Of a DNA stretch of 64,000 bases, positions 1 through 10,000 are shown in pieces. Location: positions 55,276 to 119,275 of IMG/VR virus record IMGVR_UViG_3300032268_000694, one strand, 5' to 3'. How positions within the stretch are numbered: the first letter of the stretch is position 1; each line of letters starts with the position of its first letter. A model generated the notes under the pieces. It did no database searches. It had not been told where the DNA came from and saw only the letters and a program-made list of their open reading frames with translations. The translations under genes and the position numbers were made by a program. The stretch is from a virus.

Positions 1-258
1 AGATATGCAGCAGCATTATGTAAAGAAATAGAAGGTGAAACAACTGCAAGACTTGACTATGGAGTTCAGGGTCAACCATATGCTAAAGGTGGTGAAATGT
101 TAACAACTGCTAGAACAGAAAAAGAAAGTCTAATTACCGAACTAAAGGAAATGTTGAATGAAACATCTCGTAGAAATCAACTAGAAAGAAAACAACTAGA
201 ATCACAATATCTACGTGATACATTACAACAAGTACCTTTACCAATCTATATATTGTAA
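1..258 (+). CDS. 3' part of a neck / head-completion protein (T4 gp13-like), truncated by the window edge
   Basis: Frame 1 is open from base 1 (RYAAALCKEIEG...QVPLPIYIL*). The stop overlaps the next ATG (TAATG). The Y..AL.K...G pattern and position before gp14/gp15-like genes fit a neck protein. Confidence 0.55.
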   Translation, partial: RYAAALCKEIEGETTARLDYGVQGQPYAKGGEMLTTARTEKESLITELKEMLNETSRRNQLERKQLESQYLRDTLQQVPLPIYIL

Positions 259-881
259 TGAGATTATCATTTTATCCTATATTACAATACTTTGATGGGA
301 TTGGAGATCTAAAACCAGTAGACGAACAACCATCTGATCCAAATCTTGGAGACCCTGAACCACCTGAAGGTGGTGCAGGTACTGGAGCAGAAGTTCCATC
401 TGGTGGTCTCCCAGACCCAATTGGTGGTGGAGTTCGAGGAAAAGATGATCCAGCCCCAGGAGATGATATACCAACATTTTCAAAGGTTCAATATTATAAG
501 ATTGATTTGTATAACACTAAATCAAATCTTTATGGTGAGTCAACAGAAAAGTGGTATTATCCTCCATATACTTTAAATTGTAATGTTGAAAGAAGTGATA
601 TTACTTTTACAGATACTGAATATGGTGTTGATGAAAATCAAACATGTACTTTGTTTGTTAAACATATAGATCTTGTTACTCTTGATATAACACCAGAAGT
701 TGGGGACATATTTGTAGAGGTAGGAAGACATTTTGAAGTAAATGGAGTAAATAGAGTATTACAACCAGATCAAGCTTTAGGATTTCAAATAGATGGATCA
801 CCATTTTACATTGTAAACTATGTTATAACTGGATATTTAACAAGAACAAGTAAATTAAACTTAGTAAAATATAGCTCATAA
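258..881 (+). CDS. Putative neck / head-closure protein (gp14-like) with a Pro/Gly-rich N-terminal linker
   Basis: NLYGES..KWY, YGVD and PEVGD...FEV motifs typical of head-closure beta-barrels; synteny. Confidence 0.55.
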   Translation: MRLSFYPILQYFDGIGDLKPVDEQPSDPNLGDPEPPEGGAGTGAEVPSGGLPDPIGGGVRGKDDPAPGDDIPTFSKVQYYKIDLYNTKSNLYGESTEKWYYPPYTLNCNVERSDITFTDTEYGVDENQTCTLFVKHIDLVTLDITPEVGDIFVEVGRHFEVNGVNRVLQPDQALGFQIDGSPFYIVNYVITGYLTRTSKLNLVKYSS

Positions 882-1222
882 TGGGATTATTAGGTAAAAT
901 ATTATTAAACGAAGGCATAACTATTTTTAAATGTGATATCCTTGTAAAAACATCTGCCGACCAAAATAAGGTAGAAATTTATAATGAGATTAGAGCATTA
1001 GAAAATGTTGTAGTTGTTACTATTGAACAAAGTGATTTTTTAAATAGAAAAGCAACTGATCAACACGAGTATTCTTTATTAAAATTAAAGTATATTGGTA
1101 GAGGCGATGCTAAATCATCAATTAAAGAAATTGGTATTGATGCTGTAACTAAAAACAGAGTACCGGGATTATTACAGTTTATTCCTCGTTATGATACAAT
1201 TGTTAAAGTGGGATCTTATTAA
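881..1222 (+). CDS. Hypothetical virion-module protein
   Basis: 113 aa ORF translationally coupled (TAATG) within the structural operon. Confidence 0.6.
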   Translation: MGLLGKILLNEGITIFKCDILVKTSADQNKVEIYNEIRALENVVVVTIEQSDFLNRKATDQHEYSLLKLKYIGRGDAKSSIKEIGIDAVTKNRVPGLLQFIPRYDTIVKVGSY

Positions 1223-1231
1223 AAATAATAA

Positions 1232-2497
1232 ATGAGAGATAGAAAACCAATACCTAAAAACAGTTCTAAAATTACTCAGGAAGCTCTAAGCAATGCTTAT
1301 CTTGCTTCACAAGGTAAACCAACTAGTGATTCTATTGCTCAAAGACACGAGAATAGAGCATTACAAACTACTCGCAAAACGGATAAGGTAAAGGATATTT
1401 CTATTGGTTTAGAAGATATTGATCATGCTATCAAACACTATTTTGATAATGTTATCAAACCTACAGTAATGCAGGATGGACAGAGAATAGATGTTCCTGT
1501 TAGATATGCCTCACCTGAACGTTGGAAATCAGTACAACAAGATGGGTATTATAGAGATACTAATGGTAAATTAGTATTACCTGTTATCATGTATAAGAGA
1601 GATAGCGTTGAAAAAAATAGAACATTAGGTAACAAAATAGATGGTAATTTAGCATCATTATTTCAGGTATTTGAAACTAGATATAATCAAAGAAATCAAT
1701 ATGATAAATTTTCTATTTTAAATAATAGAATACCATCAAAACAATATTATGTTTCTGTTGTACCTGACTATGTAACTATTAATTATTCAGTTTCTATATT
1801 TACAAACTACGTAGAACAAAACAATAAAATTATTGAAGCGATAGAATTTGCTTCTGATTCATATTGGGGACAAGAAAATAGATGGCATTTTAGAACAATG
1901 CTAGATAGCTTCTCTACCACAAACATTATTAATAGTGGTGAGGATAAAGCAGCAGTAACTACTGTTACTTTAAAGGTAAATGGTTATCTAATAGCTGATA
2001 GTGTTAATAAACATTTAGCTGATACAAGTATGCATTACTCACCAGCTCAAATTATATTTGGTTTAGAAGTTGTTGATAACCCAACAGAAAACTTTAATGC
2101 AGCTTCACAAATAGCAGCATCACAAGGTGGTGGCCAAACATCATTTGTGGGTGGTGGCTCTAACGTTACTAATATTAATAACAATGCATTAAATGATGCT
2201 ATAACAACATATTTAAACCTAAACAATGCTATGACCTCAGTCATTGTAAATGGATCGGGCACTACAGTAACATACCCTAATGCTTCAGTAGTACAACCAC
2301 CAGCAGGATCAAACATTGCTGGAACAACTCTATTAAGTTTTTCATTTTATGCTGGTCCTTTATTAATATCATTAAACGATATTTCTAACTTTTATGAAGA
2401 CAGTGGTAATATTTATTTAGTAATAAATCCATCTACATTAGGATATAACTTAATAGGTAAACAAGTTACAATGATAGGTAAATTTCAACAAAACTAG
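1232..2497 (+). CDS. Tail terminator / sheath stabiliser (gp15-like) with a C-terminal extension
   Basis: VPVRYASPERW, LP.I...R and P.YVTINY.VSIFT...EQ.NKIIEAI motifs resemble the gp15 family; about 130 aa beta-rich C-terminal add-on. Confidence 0.6.
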   Translation: MRDRKPIPKNSSKITQEALSNAYLASQGKPTSDSIAQRHENRALQTTRKTDKVKDISIGLEDIDHAIKHYFDNVIKPTVMQDGQRIDVPVRYASPERWKSVQQDGYYRDTNGKLVLPVIMYKRDSVEKNRTLGNKIDGNLASLFQVFETRYNQRNQYDKFSILNNRIPSKQYYVSVVPDYVTINYSVSIFTNYVEQNNKIIEAIEFASDSYWGQENRWHFRTMLDSFSTTNIINSGEDKAAVTTVTLKVNGYLIADSVNKHLADTSMHYSPAQIIFGLEVVDNPTENFNAASQIAASQGGGQTSFVGGGSNVTNINNNALNDAITTYLNLNNAMTSVIVNGSGTTVTYPNASVVQPPAGSNIAGTTLLSFSFYAGPLLISLNDISNFYEDSGNIYLVINPSTLGYNLIGKQVTMIGKFQQN

Positions 2498-2513
2498 GTA
2501 AATTTTAATAACA

Positions 2514-2717
2514 ATGGCTTTAATAACATTAGATCAAATATTATTACCTTTACGTTACAATAGTGGAAGTGGTGTGCTAGAACTCGCCGCTGATAGCTTT
2601 AAAACAGCTAGCTTTACTGAATTCAGAATAAGTGGATCTGTTGTATCTTCAGGATCAGTTTATATTGTACAATCAGGTTCACTAGAAGGCAACCCAGTAG
2701 ACGGGGGGTCGTTCTAA
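2514..2717 (+). CDS. Small virion protein with a DGGSF C-terminus
   Basis: 67 aa; ends VDGGSF, a terminus common in phage fibre-associated proteins. Confidence 0.5.
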   Translation: MALITLDQILLPLRYNSGSGVLELAADSFKTASFTEFRISGSVVSSGSVYIVQSGSLEGNPVDGGSF

Positions 2718-2720
2718 GTC

Positions 2721-2728
2721 ATATTTAT
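2721..2728 (+). promoter_or_regulatory. ATATTTAT motif, candidate phage late promoter (first of about 20 copies)
   Basis: The same 8-mer recurs in most intergenic gaps upstream of structural genes (see findings). Confidence 0.6.
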
Positions 2729-2787
2729 ATGCGGCTTATATAAGTCGTAGAATCCTGGTATATACCAATTAAATAGGATCCATAGAT

Positions 2788-3702
2788 ATGGCAGTTAACA
2801 TTAAATTAAAACGTAGTAACGTTGCAGGGACTATCCCTAGTCCAGCTTCATTAGATTTAGGTGAATTAGCGCTTAATACCGCTGATGGTAAAGCCTTCAT
2901 GAAAAAAAGTGATGGTAATGTAGTAGAAATAGGGTCATCACCATCTTCTTCAATTTCTGCCTCTTACGCTAATACTGCGGGATTCGCCATAACTGCTGGA
3001 TCTGCTAGTTATTCTAATATATCAACAACATCTTCCTATTCATTAGTTGCTGTTTCTTCCTCATATGCTTTAACCGCATCTTTTACCCCAGGATCAGGTA
3101 CAGCTATTAGTTCATCTTATGCTGCAACAGCCTCATCTGCTGATAATTTCTTAGTAAGAGGTACATTAACTGCCCAAACTATTGTTGCTCAATATATTAC
3201 TTCTTCAACAAGCTTTATTACTGGTTCTACTAAGTTTGGAACCTTATCTTCAAATACTCATGAATTCACAGGTAGTGTTTCCATTAGTGGATCCTTATCC
3301 GTTAGCGGCTCTAATGTAATTTTATCCAATCAGACATCTTCAATGTCTGTTGCTACAGCATCTTTTGCTACAACTGCATCTTATGTCAATGGATTAAACC
3401 TAGCCGCAATTACAACAGGTAGTATTTTTGCCGGTGTTGATGTTAACATTAACAGTTTATTCTTAATAAAATCAGGCAGTTCTACATACTTTAACATAGC
3501 TAGTAATAGTAATACTACAGTATCTAGTGACTTATTTATAATTAAAAACTTTACAACCCAACAACCAGTATTAACAGTAAGCCAAAGTATAGTACAATTT
3601 GCAACCCAATCATTAGATCCTACAGGAACAACAACTGCAGGAAGCATTTGGTTTACTTCTTCATCAATGTATATTGGCCTTGAAGAATTTAATATTTATT
3701 AA
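2788..3702 (+). CDS. Tail fibre / collar fibre protein with an Mtd-N-like N-terminus
   Basis: IKLKRS...P....L..GELALNT.DGK N-terminal motif; SASYA repeats; TGSTKFG...THEFTGS fibre module. Confidence 0.7.
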   Translation: MAVNIKLKRSNVAGTIPSPASLDLGELALNTADGKAFMKKSDGNVVEIGSSPSSSISASYANTAGFAITAGSASYSNISTTSSYSLVAVSSSYALTASFTPGSGTAISSSYAATASSADNFLVRGTLTAQTIVAQYITSSTSFITGSTKFGTLSSNTHEFTGSVSISGSLSVSGSNVILSNQTSSMSVATASFATTASYVNGLNLAAITTGSIFAGVDVNINSLFLIKSGSSTYFNIASNSNTTVSSDLFIIKNFTTQQPVLTVSQSIVQFATQSLDPTGTTTAGSIWFTSSSMYIGLEEFNIY

Positions 3703-3729
3703 TATAACCATAAAACAAACAATAATATA

Positions 3730-4989
3730 ATGGCAACTTGGAAAAAAGTCATAGTCTCTGGTAGTAATGCCGAACTTAATCAATTGAATGTTGGAAGCAC
3801 CCAACAAATATCTATTACACCATCATCTACTTTTTTATCAGGTTCATTTAGTGGATCTTTTAATGGAGCACTTAAATCACAACTTGCTAATGCAACTCAA
3901 CCTAATATTGTTGGATATGATGTATCAACTGGTACATTTACCTATCAAGGAACTGGATCATTCGTAGCAACTAGTGCCTCATATGCGGCTAATGCTGACT
4001 TGTTGGATGGATTAGATTCAAGTGCTTTTACATCTACTGGCTCTTTTCAATCATTTACAAGTTCAATTAACACAACAACAGCATCTTTTGCTTTAAGATT
4101 AGGAAGTTTAGAATCAGCAACTTCATCACTATTTAGTGCTACTGCTTCATTAAATAACTATACTGCATCTCAAAATATATTAAATGGTACCTTTGCAACT
4201 ACAGGTTCGAATAATTTTATAGGTAATCAGACAATAACTGGTAGTTTTTCAATATCCGGTTCATTATCAGTTAATAATTCTAATGTAATATTAACTAATC
4301 AGACATCTTCAATGTCTGTTGCAACAGCTTCATTTGCATCAACTGCAGCTCAAGTTAATAATGCTTTATCCTTTGGTACAGGTTTAACAGGAGGATCTTA
4401 TAATGGTTCTACTGCTGTAACAACTGCTATCTCGGGTGCTGCTGCCTTATCATCTAATGTTCTTACTAAATGGACTGGTACTGGATTAGCTAATAGTAAT
4501 ATTACAGATACTGGTACTCAAGTACAAATTGGATCTGGTGCCTCTGGTGGTGTGTCAGTTGCTGCGGGTGGTATTAACGTAACAGGTAACTCAATATTTA
4601 ATAGTAATTTAACGATAAGTGGTGACTTAACAGTAGCAGGTACTGCTTCTTTTACTAATACTGATAACTTAACTATTAAAGATAAATTTATATTAATTAA
4701 TAGTGGTTCATCAACATTAGCAGATTCAGGATGGATTACTCAATATAATGCTGCTGGTTCTGGCTCTGCTTTTTATTTAGAGGCTGCTTCAACTGGTGAT
4801 TATGGTCGTTTTGCAGTAGCTTATGATGTTATAGGAACATCAACTGCCTTAACAGTAGATCAATTTGTAGTAACTGCTAAAACAGCAGCTGGTGCCCCAT
4901 CAGCAGATCCAACTTGGGGTGGTGCTACAAATGGATATGGTAATATGTTTATTAATAGCTCAAATGGTGACATATATATCTATTCATAA
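3730..4989 (+). CDS. Ser/Thr-rich tail fibre protein
   Basis: N-terminal WKKVIVSGS; ANADLLDGLDS motif; GDLTVAGT...NLTIKDKFILIN fibre motif. Confidence 0.7.
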   Translation: MATWKKVIVSGSNAELNQLNVGSTQQISITPSSTFLSGSFSGSFNGALKSQLANATQPNIVGYDVSTGTFTYQGTGSFVATSASYAANADLLDGLDSSAFTSTGSFQSFTSSINTTTASFALRLGSLESATSSLFSATASLNNYTASQNILNGTFATTGSNNFIGNQTITGSFSISGSLSVNNSNVILTNQTSSMSVATASFASTAAQVNNALSFGTGLTGGSYNGSTAVTTAISGAAALSSNVLTKWTGTGLANSNITDTGTQVQIGSGASGGVSVAAGGINVTGNSIFNSNLTISGDLTVAGTASFTNTDNLTIKDKFILINSGSSTLADSGWITQYNAAGSGSAFYLEAASTGDYGRFAVAYDVIGTSTALTVDQFVVTAKTAAGAPSADPTWGGATNGYGNMFINSSNGDIYIYS

Positions 4990-5007
4990 AAAAAACTAAA
5001 ACTAGTT

Positions 5008-5214
5008 ATGGCTTTTACATCAAATCAATTAGTTGTAAATAATATTCCAACACAAAATAACCAGCCAACTCCAGACATTAATCAATTAAGTGTCCAGGAG
5101 TTGGCTTTTTTGCTTGATATTATAAGAAAATCATCTTTCCTTGGAGAACACATAGAGTTTGCGTATAATACTGTTGTTAAACTACAGAATCAATATTTAC
5201 AACAAACTAAATAA
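5008..5214 (+). CDS. Small helical protein, possible fibre assembly chaperone
   Basis: 68 aa between fibre genes; helical C-terminus. Confidence 0.5.
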   Translation: MAFTSNQLVVNNIPTQNNQPTPDINQLSVQELAFLLDIIRKSSFLGEHIEFAYNTVVKLQNQYLQQTK

Positions 5215-5216
5215 CA

Positions 5217-5450
5217 ATGGATTTATTTTCCTTAGATTTTACTCCAAATGAATTAAATTTCATTAGACAATCTCTTGACTTAGTAACTATAAAAGGCACT
5301 GATGCTAAATTTCTAGCAGATCTTCAACTTAAGATTGAAAACGAATTAATTGAAATTCAACGTCTTATTCAACAAGAACAGCAACAAAAAGAGGATATAT
5401 TAAAGCAAATCATTGCTGATGATACACCACCTTTACCATCTAAGAAATAA
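5217..5450 (+). CDS. Small coiled-coil protein, possible fibre assembly chaperone
   Basis: 77 aa with a Q/E/K-rich heptad region. Confidence 0.5.
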   Translation: MDLFSLDFTPNELNFIRQSLDLVTIKGTDAKFLADLQLKIENELIEIQRLIQQEQQQKEDILKQIIADDTPPLPSKK

Positions 5451-5473
5451 TTTTAGTATATTTATACTAAACA

Positions 5474-5538
5474 TACTGTAGGCCATAATAAGGAAGTAGG
5501 CATATACACGGCATAAGTGTATGTATCTAACCACAGTA
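5474..5538 (+). ncRNA. Candidate structured cis-regulatory RNA (three-way junction) in the leader of a fibre gene
   Basis: TACTGT-A-GG pairs with CCACAGTA; inner stem TAGG-C-ATATACAC / GTGTATGT-A-TCTA; relatively GC-rich for an intergenic gap here. Confidence 0.45.
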
Positions 5539-5552
5539 GCAAAATATATACA

Positions 5553-6902
5553 ATGCCCAATTGGAAAAAAGTCATCGTTTCTGGCTCGGATGCTAGTCTG
5601 AATTCCCTAAATGTATCTAATGGAATTACTCTAACAGGATCTTTAGGAATAAGTGGATCTACTGGCACTTTACTTTCAGCCAATGTTGATACTATTATAT
5701 TTACAGGCTCAGCAGCAATATCAGGTACACTAAATGTTACAAATGGCATAACAGGCTCATTATTAGGAACTGCTTCATTTTCTCAAACAGCATCTTATTG
5801 GAGTGGATCTATTAATAATGCATTAAGTGCATCATTTGCATCAACTGCTTCATTTGTAGCAAATGCTCAAACAGCATCTTTTGTTAATAATGCAGTTTCA
5901 TCATCATATGCTCTAACAGCTTCGTTTGCATTAAATGCAGGAGGAGGAGGAGGAACAACAAGCACTTTTCCTTATATCCACCCCACGACAATAACAGGAA
6001 GTATTTCAATTCCTGATAATCATAATGGATTGTTAATGAGTCCTGTCTCAATATCCGGAAGTGTTACTATTATGTCTGGGTCTAGTTTATTAACTATAGG
6101 TCCTATTACTGGTAGTGTAAGTTCTTCATTTGCATCAACATCTTCATACTCAAACAACATAATAGGAGCTGCAAATTACATTCCTAAATTTACCGGAGGT
6201 AATACATTAAGTAGCAGCATAATGTATCAAAACAACAATGGAATAGGTGTAAATGATACTTCGCCTACACACCGATTCCAGGTAAATGGAGATATATCCA
6301 CCTACAATAGTAGCAATACATTAAATTTAACAAAATATTCTTTAATAGGAGGCCTTAATTCTACAGTAACAGGCAGTGAAACAAATCAATATGCTAATAC
6401 TGGTATATATGGTTCATTAGGACATTCAGCAACTACAGGAACATTCACACCACAGGATAATTCATTTGTAAGTGCATTTTTTGGTCAGTTTTCTAAAAGT
6501 GGAGGTGGAAATGTTTCTGGTAAAGTATCCTCATATGCAGCCATATCTAACCTTGCTGGTTCTGGTAGCGTAACAACAATATCTGGGTTTAGAGCTTATG
6601 CTCCACTTCAATCATTTGCTTTACCATCATTTACTGGTACTGTAACAAATTATATTGGTTTATTAATAGATGATATTACTGGAACTACAGATGTAGGTTC
6701 TCGAATTACTAACAAATACGGTATTTACCAAACAGGTATTTCTGATAAAAACTACCTTGCAGGTTCTACTACGATTAATAACGTATTACAGCTAGGACAA
6801 CAACACCCACTACCATCAGGTTCTGATGGACAATTAGCAGTTTCCGCTTCTAATTTGTATTTCTTCTCTGGCAGTGCATGGAATAAAATATCATTTGCAT
6901 AA
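5553..6902 (+). CDS. Tail fibre protein (start revised from 5517 to ATG 5553)
   Basis: MPNWKKVIVSGS matches the N-terminus of the 3730 paralog; SASFA repeats; IGVN..SP.H..QVNG motif; GQL......LYF..G..W C-terminus. Confidence 0.7.
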   Translation: MPNWKKVIVSGSDASLNSLNVSNGITLTGSLGISGSTGTLLSANVDTIIFTGSAAISGTLNVTNGITGSLLGTASFSQTASYWSGSINNALSASFASTASFVANAQTASFVNNAVSSSYALTASFALNAGGGGGTTSTFPYIHPTTITGSISIPDNHNGLLMSPVSISGSVTIMSGSSLLTIGPITGSVSSSFASTSSYSNNIIGAANYIPKFTGGNTLSSSIMYQNNNGIGVNDTSPTHRFQVNGDISTYNSSNTLNLTKYSLIGGLNSTVTGSETNQYANTGIYGSLGHSATTGTFTPQDNSFVSAFFGQFSKSGGGNVSGKVSSYAAISNLAGSGSVTTISGFRAYAPLQSFALPSFTGTVTNYIGLLIDDITGTTDVGSRITNKYGIYQTGISDKNYLAGSTTINNVLQLGQQHPLPSGSDGQLAVSASNLYFFSGSAWNKISFA

Positions 6903-7005
6903 AAATAAATAAAATAACAAAACAAATCACAAATATAAAATATCCTAAAAATAATATCAATATTTTTAATATTTATTACAGTAATATACAAACAATTTAG
7001 CAAAT

Positions 7006-10000
7006 ATGAGCACTATCTATGTAGATAATATACTTCCGTACTCTGGTAATTCGGTATTCATTAGTGGTAGCGTTAGTTCTTTAACAGCATCTTTTGCAGA
7101 AACTGCATCATTTGCTCCTGATTATACATTATCATCGTCTTTTTTAAATTATACAGGTTCAACCAATACTCGTATAAGCAATTTAGAAGCATTTAGCTCA
7201 TCTCTAGATGCAGCATTTGCAACGGATGCACAATTAAACACGGCAACTGCTTCTTTAAGCGGATCCATAAGTGCATTATCAAGTAGTTTTTTATCATATA
7301 CGTCATCTCAAAAGGCTATAAATAATACTTTAGCAACAACTGGTTCAAACTCTTTTATTGGTAGTCAAAACGTAACTGGTTCTATTAATATAAGTGGTAG
7401 TATAGTTGTAACAGATACAATAACTGCTCAAAAGTTAGTAGTACAAACTATTACTTCATCTGTTAATTTTGTTACTGGATCTACTAAGTTTGGAACAATA
7501 GTTTCAAATACTCATGACTTTACAGGAAGCGTCTCAGTATCAGGATCATTAGCAGTAAACGGCTCTAATGTAATTTTAACTAATCAAACATCTTCAATAT
7601 CTGCAGCTACAGCTTCATTCGCATCAACTGCTTCTCTTGCCTTAACAGCATCATATATTTTAAATGCCGTAAGTGCCTCGTATGCTATGTCATCATCATT
7701 TGCAACTTCAGCTTCTTATGCTGAAAGTGCTTCATACGCCCTATCATCCTCAGCAGCAGTTTCATCATCATATGCCATAAGTGCTTCATACGCCCTATCA
7801 TCCTCAGCAGCAGTTTCATCATCATATGCCATAAGTGCTTCATACGCCCTATCATCCTCAGCAGCAGTTTCAGCATCTTATGCTGATAGTGCTTCATACG
7901 CTATGTCATCCTCAGTAGCAGTTTCAGCATCTTACGCTACAACCGCATCTTATGCTGATAGTGCTTCATACGCTATGTCATCCTCAGTAGCAGTTTCAGC
8001 ATCTTACGCTACAACCGCATCTTATGCTGATAGTGCTTCAATAGCAGTTTCATCTTCTCAATCATTAACTGCTTCACATTTAACTCCTGTAACTAATTTA
8101 TATGTAAATGAAATTTATCCTACTACTGGAAATTCTGCAAATCGTATTTTTACAGAAAATCAAAATACAGGATTTGGAGGAATAGGAGATACAGTAATAT
8201 ATACTAGTCTTTTTGATATTAATCTTTACCCGGGTGCTGGTACTAGAGCAGTAAAAGTAACGGGATCATTGGGTGTAAGTAATGGAATTACAGGATCATT
8301 ATTTGGAACAGCATCATTTGCATCATTTGCTCCAAGTGCATCTTTTGCTGATAATGCTAATTTATTAAATGGATTAGATAGTAGTACTTTTGCATCTACT
8401 GCTTCATTCCAAAACTATACCTCATCTACTGATGCTAATATTAGTTCAATTAATACTGCAACAGCCTCATTAAATGCAAGCGTTGCTAGTTTAAATGCTC
8501 AAACCTCATCATTATTATCTTATACTGCATCATTAAATGGATTTAGTGCCTCAATACTATCATATACTTCTTCTCAAAATATATTAAATGGTACTTTTGC
8601 AACAACAGGCTCTAATACTTTTACAGGAATACAAACAATTAATAATAATTTACAAGTTACCGGTTCAATAAGTGTAACTAGTAATATTACAGCTATTGGT
8701 ACTATAACTGCACAAACATTAGTAGTGCAGACAATAACATCATCTGTTAATTTTGTTACTGGATCTACTAAGTTTGGAACAATATCTGCTAATACTCATC
8801 AGTTTACTGGTAGTGTTAGTATAACTGGATCATTAAATGTTAACGGACCTTTAACAGCAACATCACTTACTGGTTCTCTAGGTGGATCTAATATAGTAGA
8901 TGCTTCAATAGCAAATACAAAATTAACAAATAGTAGTGTTACAATTAATGGTACAAGTTTATCATTAGGAGGAACATTAACACAAGCACAAACAATTGCA
9001 GGTGCCTTTAGTGGATCTGCACAAGTAGATCATAATGCAACTACAAACTATGTTGCAAACCAACATATTGATCACACAACCGTATCAGTTTCTGCTGGTA
9101 GTGGTTTAAGTGGTGGTGGAACAATTGCTGCAACAAGAACATTAACTTTAGATACTGGATCTGTACACTTCTTAGATGGTGTTAAAAAAGAATTAAATAC
9201 TGAAGGTGTAGTTTCAAGTTCAGCCCAAATTGATCACAATGCAACTACAAACTATGTAGCAAACAGACACATTGATCACACAGCAGTTACTATCACTGCA
9301 GGAAGTGGCTTGAGTGGTGGTGGTGATATAAGTACAACTAGAACATTATCAATAGCAACTAGTGGTGTAACAGATGCAATGTTAGCAGGTTCAATTTCTA
9401 ATGCTAAATTAACAAACTCTACTATTTCTGGTATCGCTTTAGGTTCTAACTTAGCAACCTTAACAATTGGAACTGGGTTAAGTGGTACATCTTATAATGG
9501 TAGCGGTGCAGTAACTATTGCAAATACAGGTGTAACTTCAAACGTAGCAAGTACAGGTATTTCAGTATCAGGTGCAACAGGTGCAGTAACAATTACAAAT
9601 ACAGGTGTAACTTCAGCAGTAGCTGGTACAGGTGTAGGAGTAAGTGGTGCAACCGGAGCAGTAACAATTTCAATTGGTCAAGCTGTTGGTACCGGAGCTA
9701 ATGTACAATTCAACTCTTTAGGAGTGGGTACAGCAGCATCAGCTACTGCTGGCGAAATTAGAGCTACTAATGATGTCACTGCCTTTTATTCTTCAGATAA
9801 AAGATTAAAAGAAGATATTACTGTAATAAAAAATCCAATTGAAAAATTAATGGCAATTAAAGGGGTTACTTTTAATTGGAAGGAAGGATTTAATGATATA
9901 CATTCTCATACAGGAGCCGATACAGGAGTTATAGCTCAAGAAATTGAAGCACTTGAATTACCAGGTACCGTTACTACTCGTGATAATGGATATAAGGCTG

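Noticed and set aside
2788-3702. Diversity-generating retroelement suggested by the Mtd-like N-terminus
   Set aside because: No reverse transcriptase and no template/variable repeat pair with adenine-specific mismatches seen in the window.
5517-5552. GTG start at 5517 for the fibre gene
   Set aside because: The paralog N-terminus (M..WKKVIVSGS) indicates ATG 5553; the upstream stretch is better explained as a structured leader.
7726-8040. CRISPR-like array
   Set aside because: Repeats are contiguous, in frame, inside a CDS and have no unique spacers.
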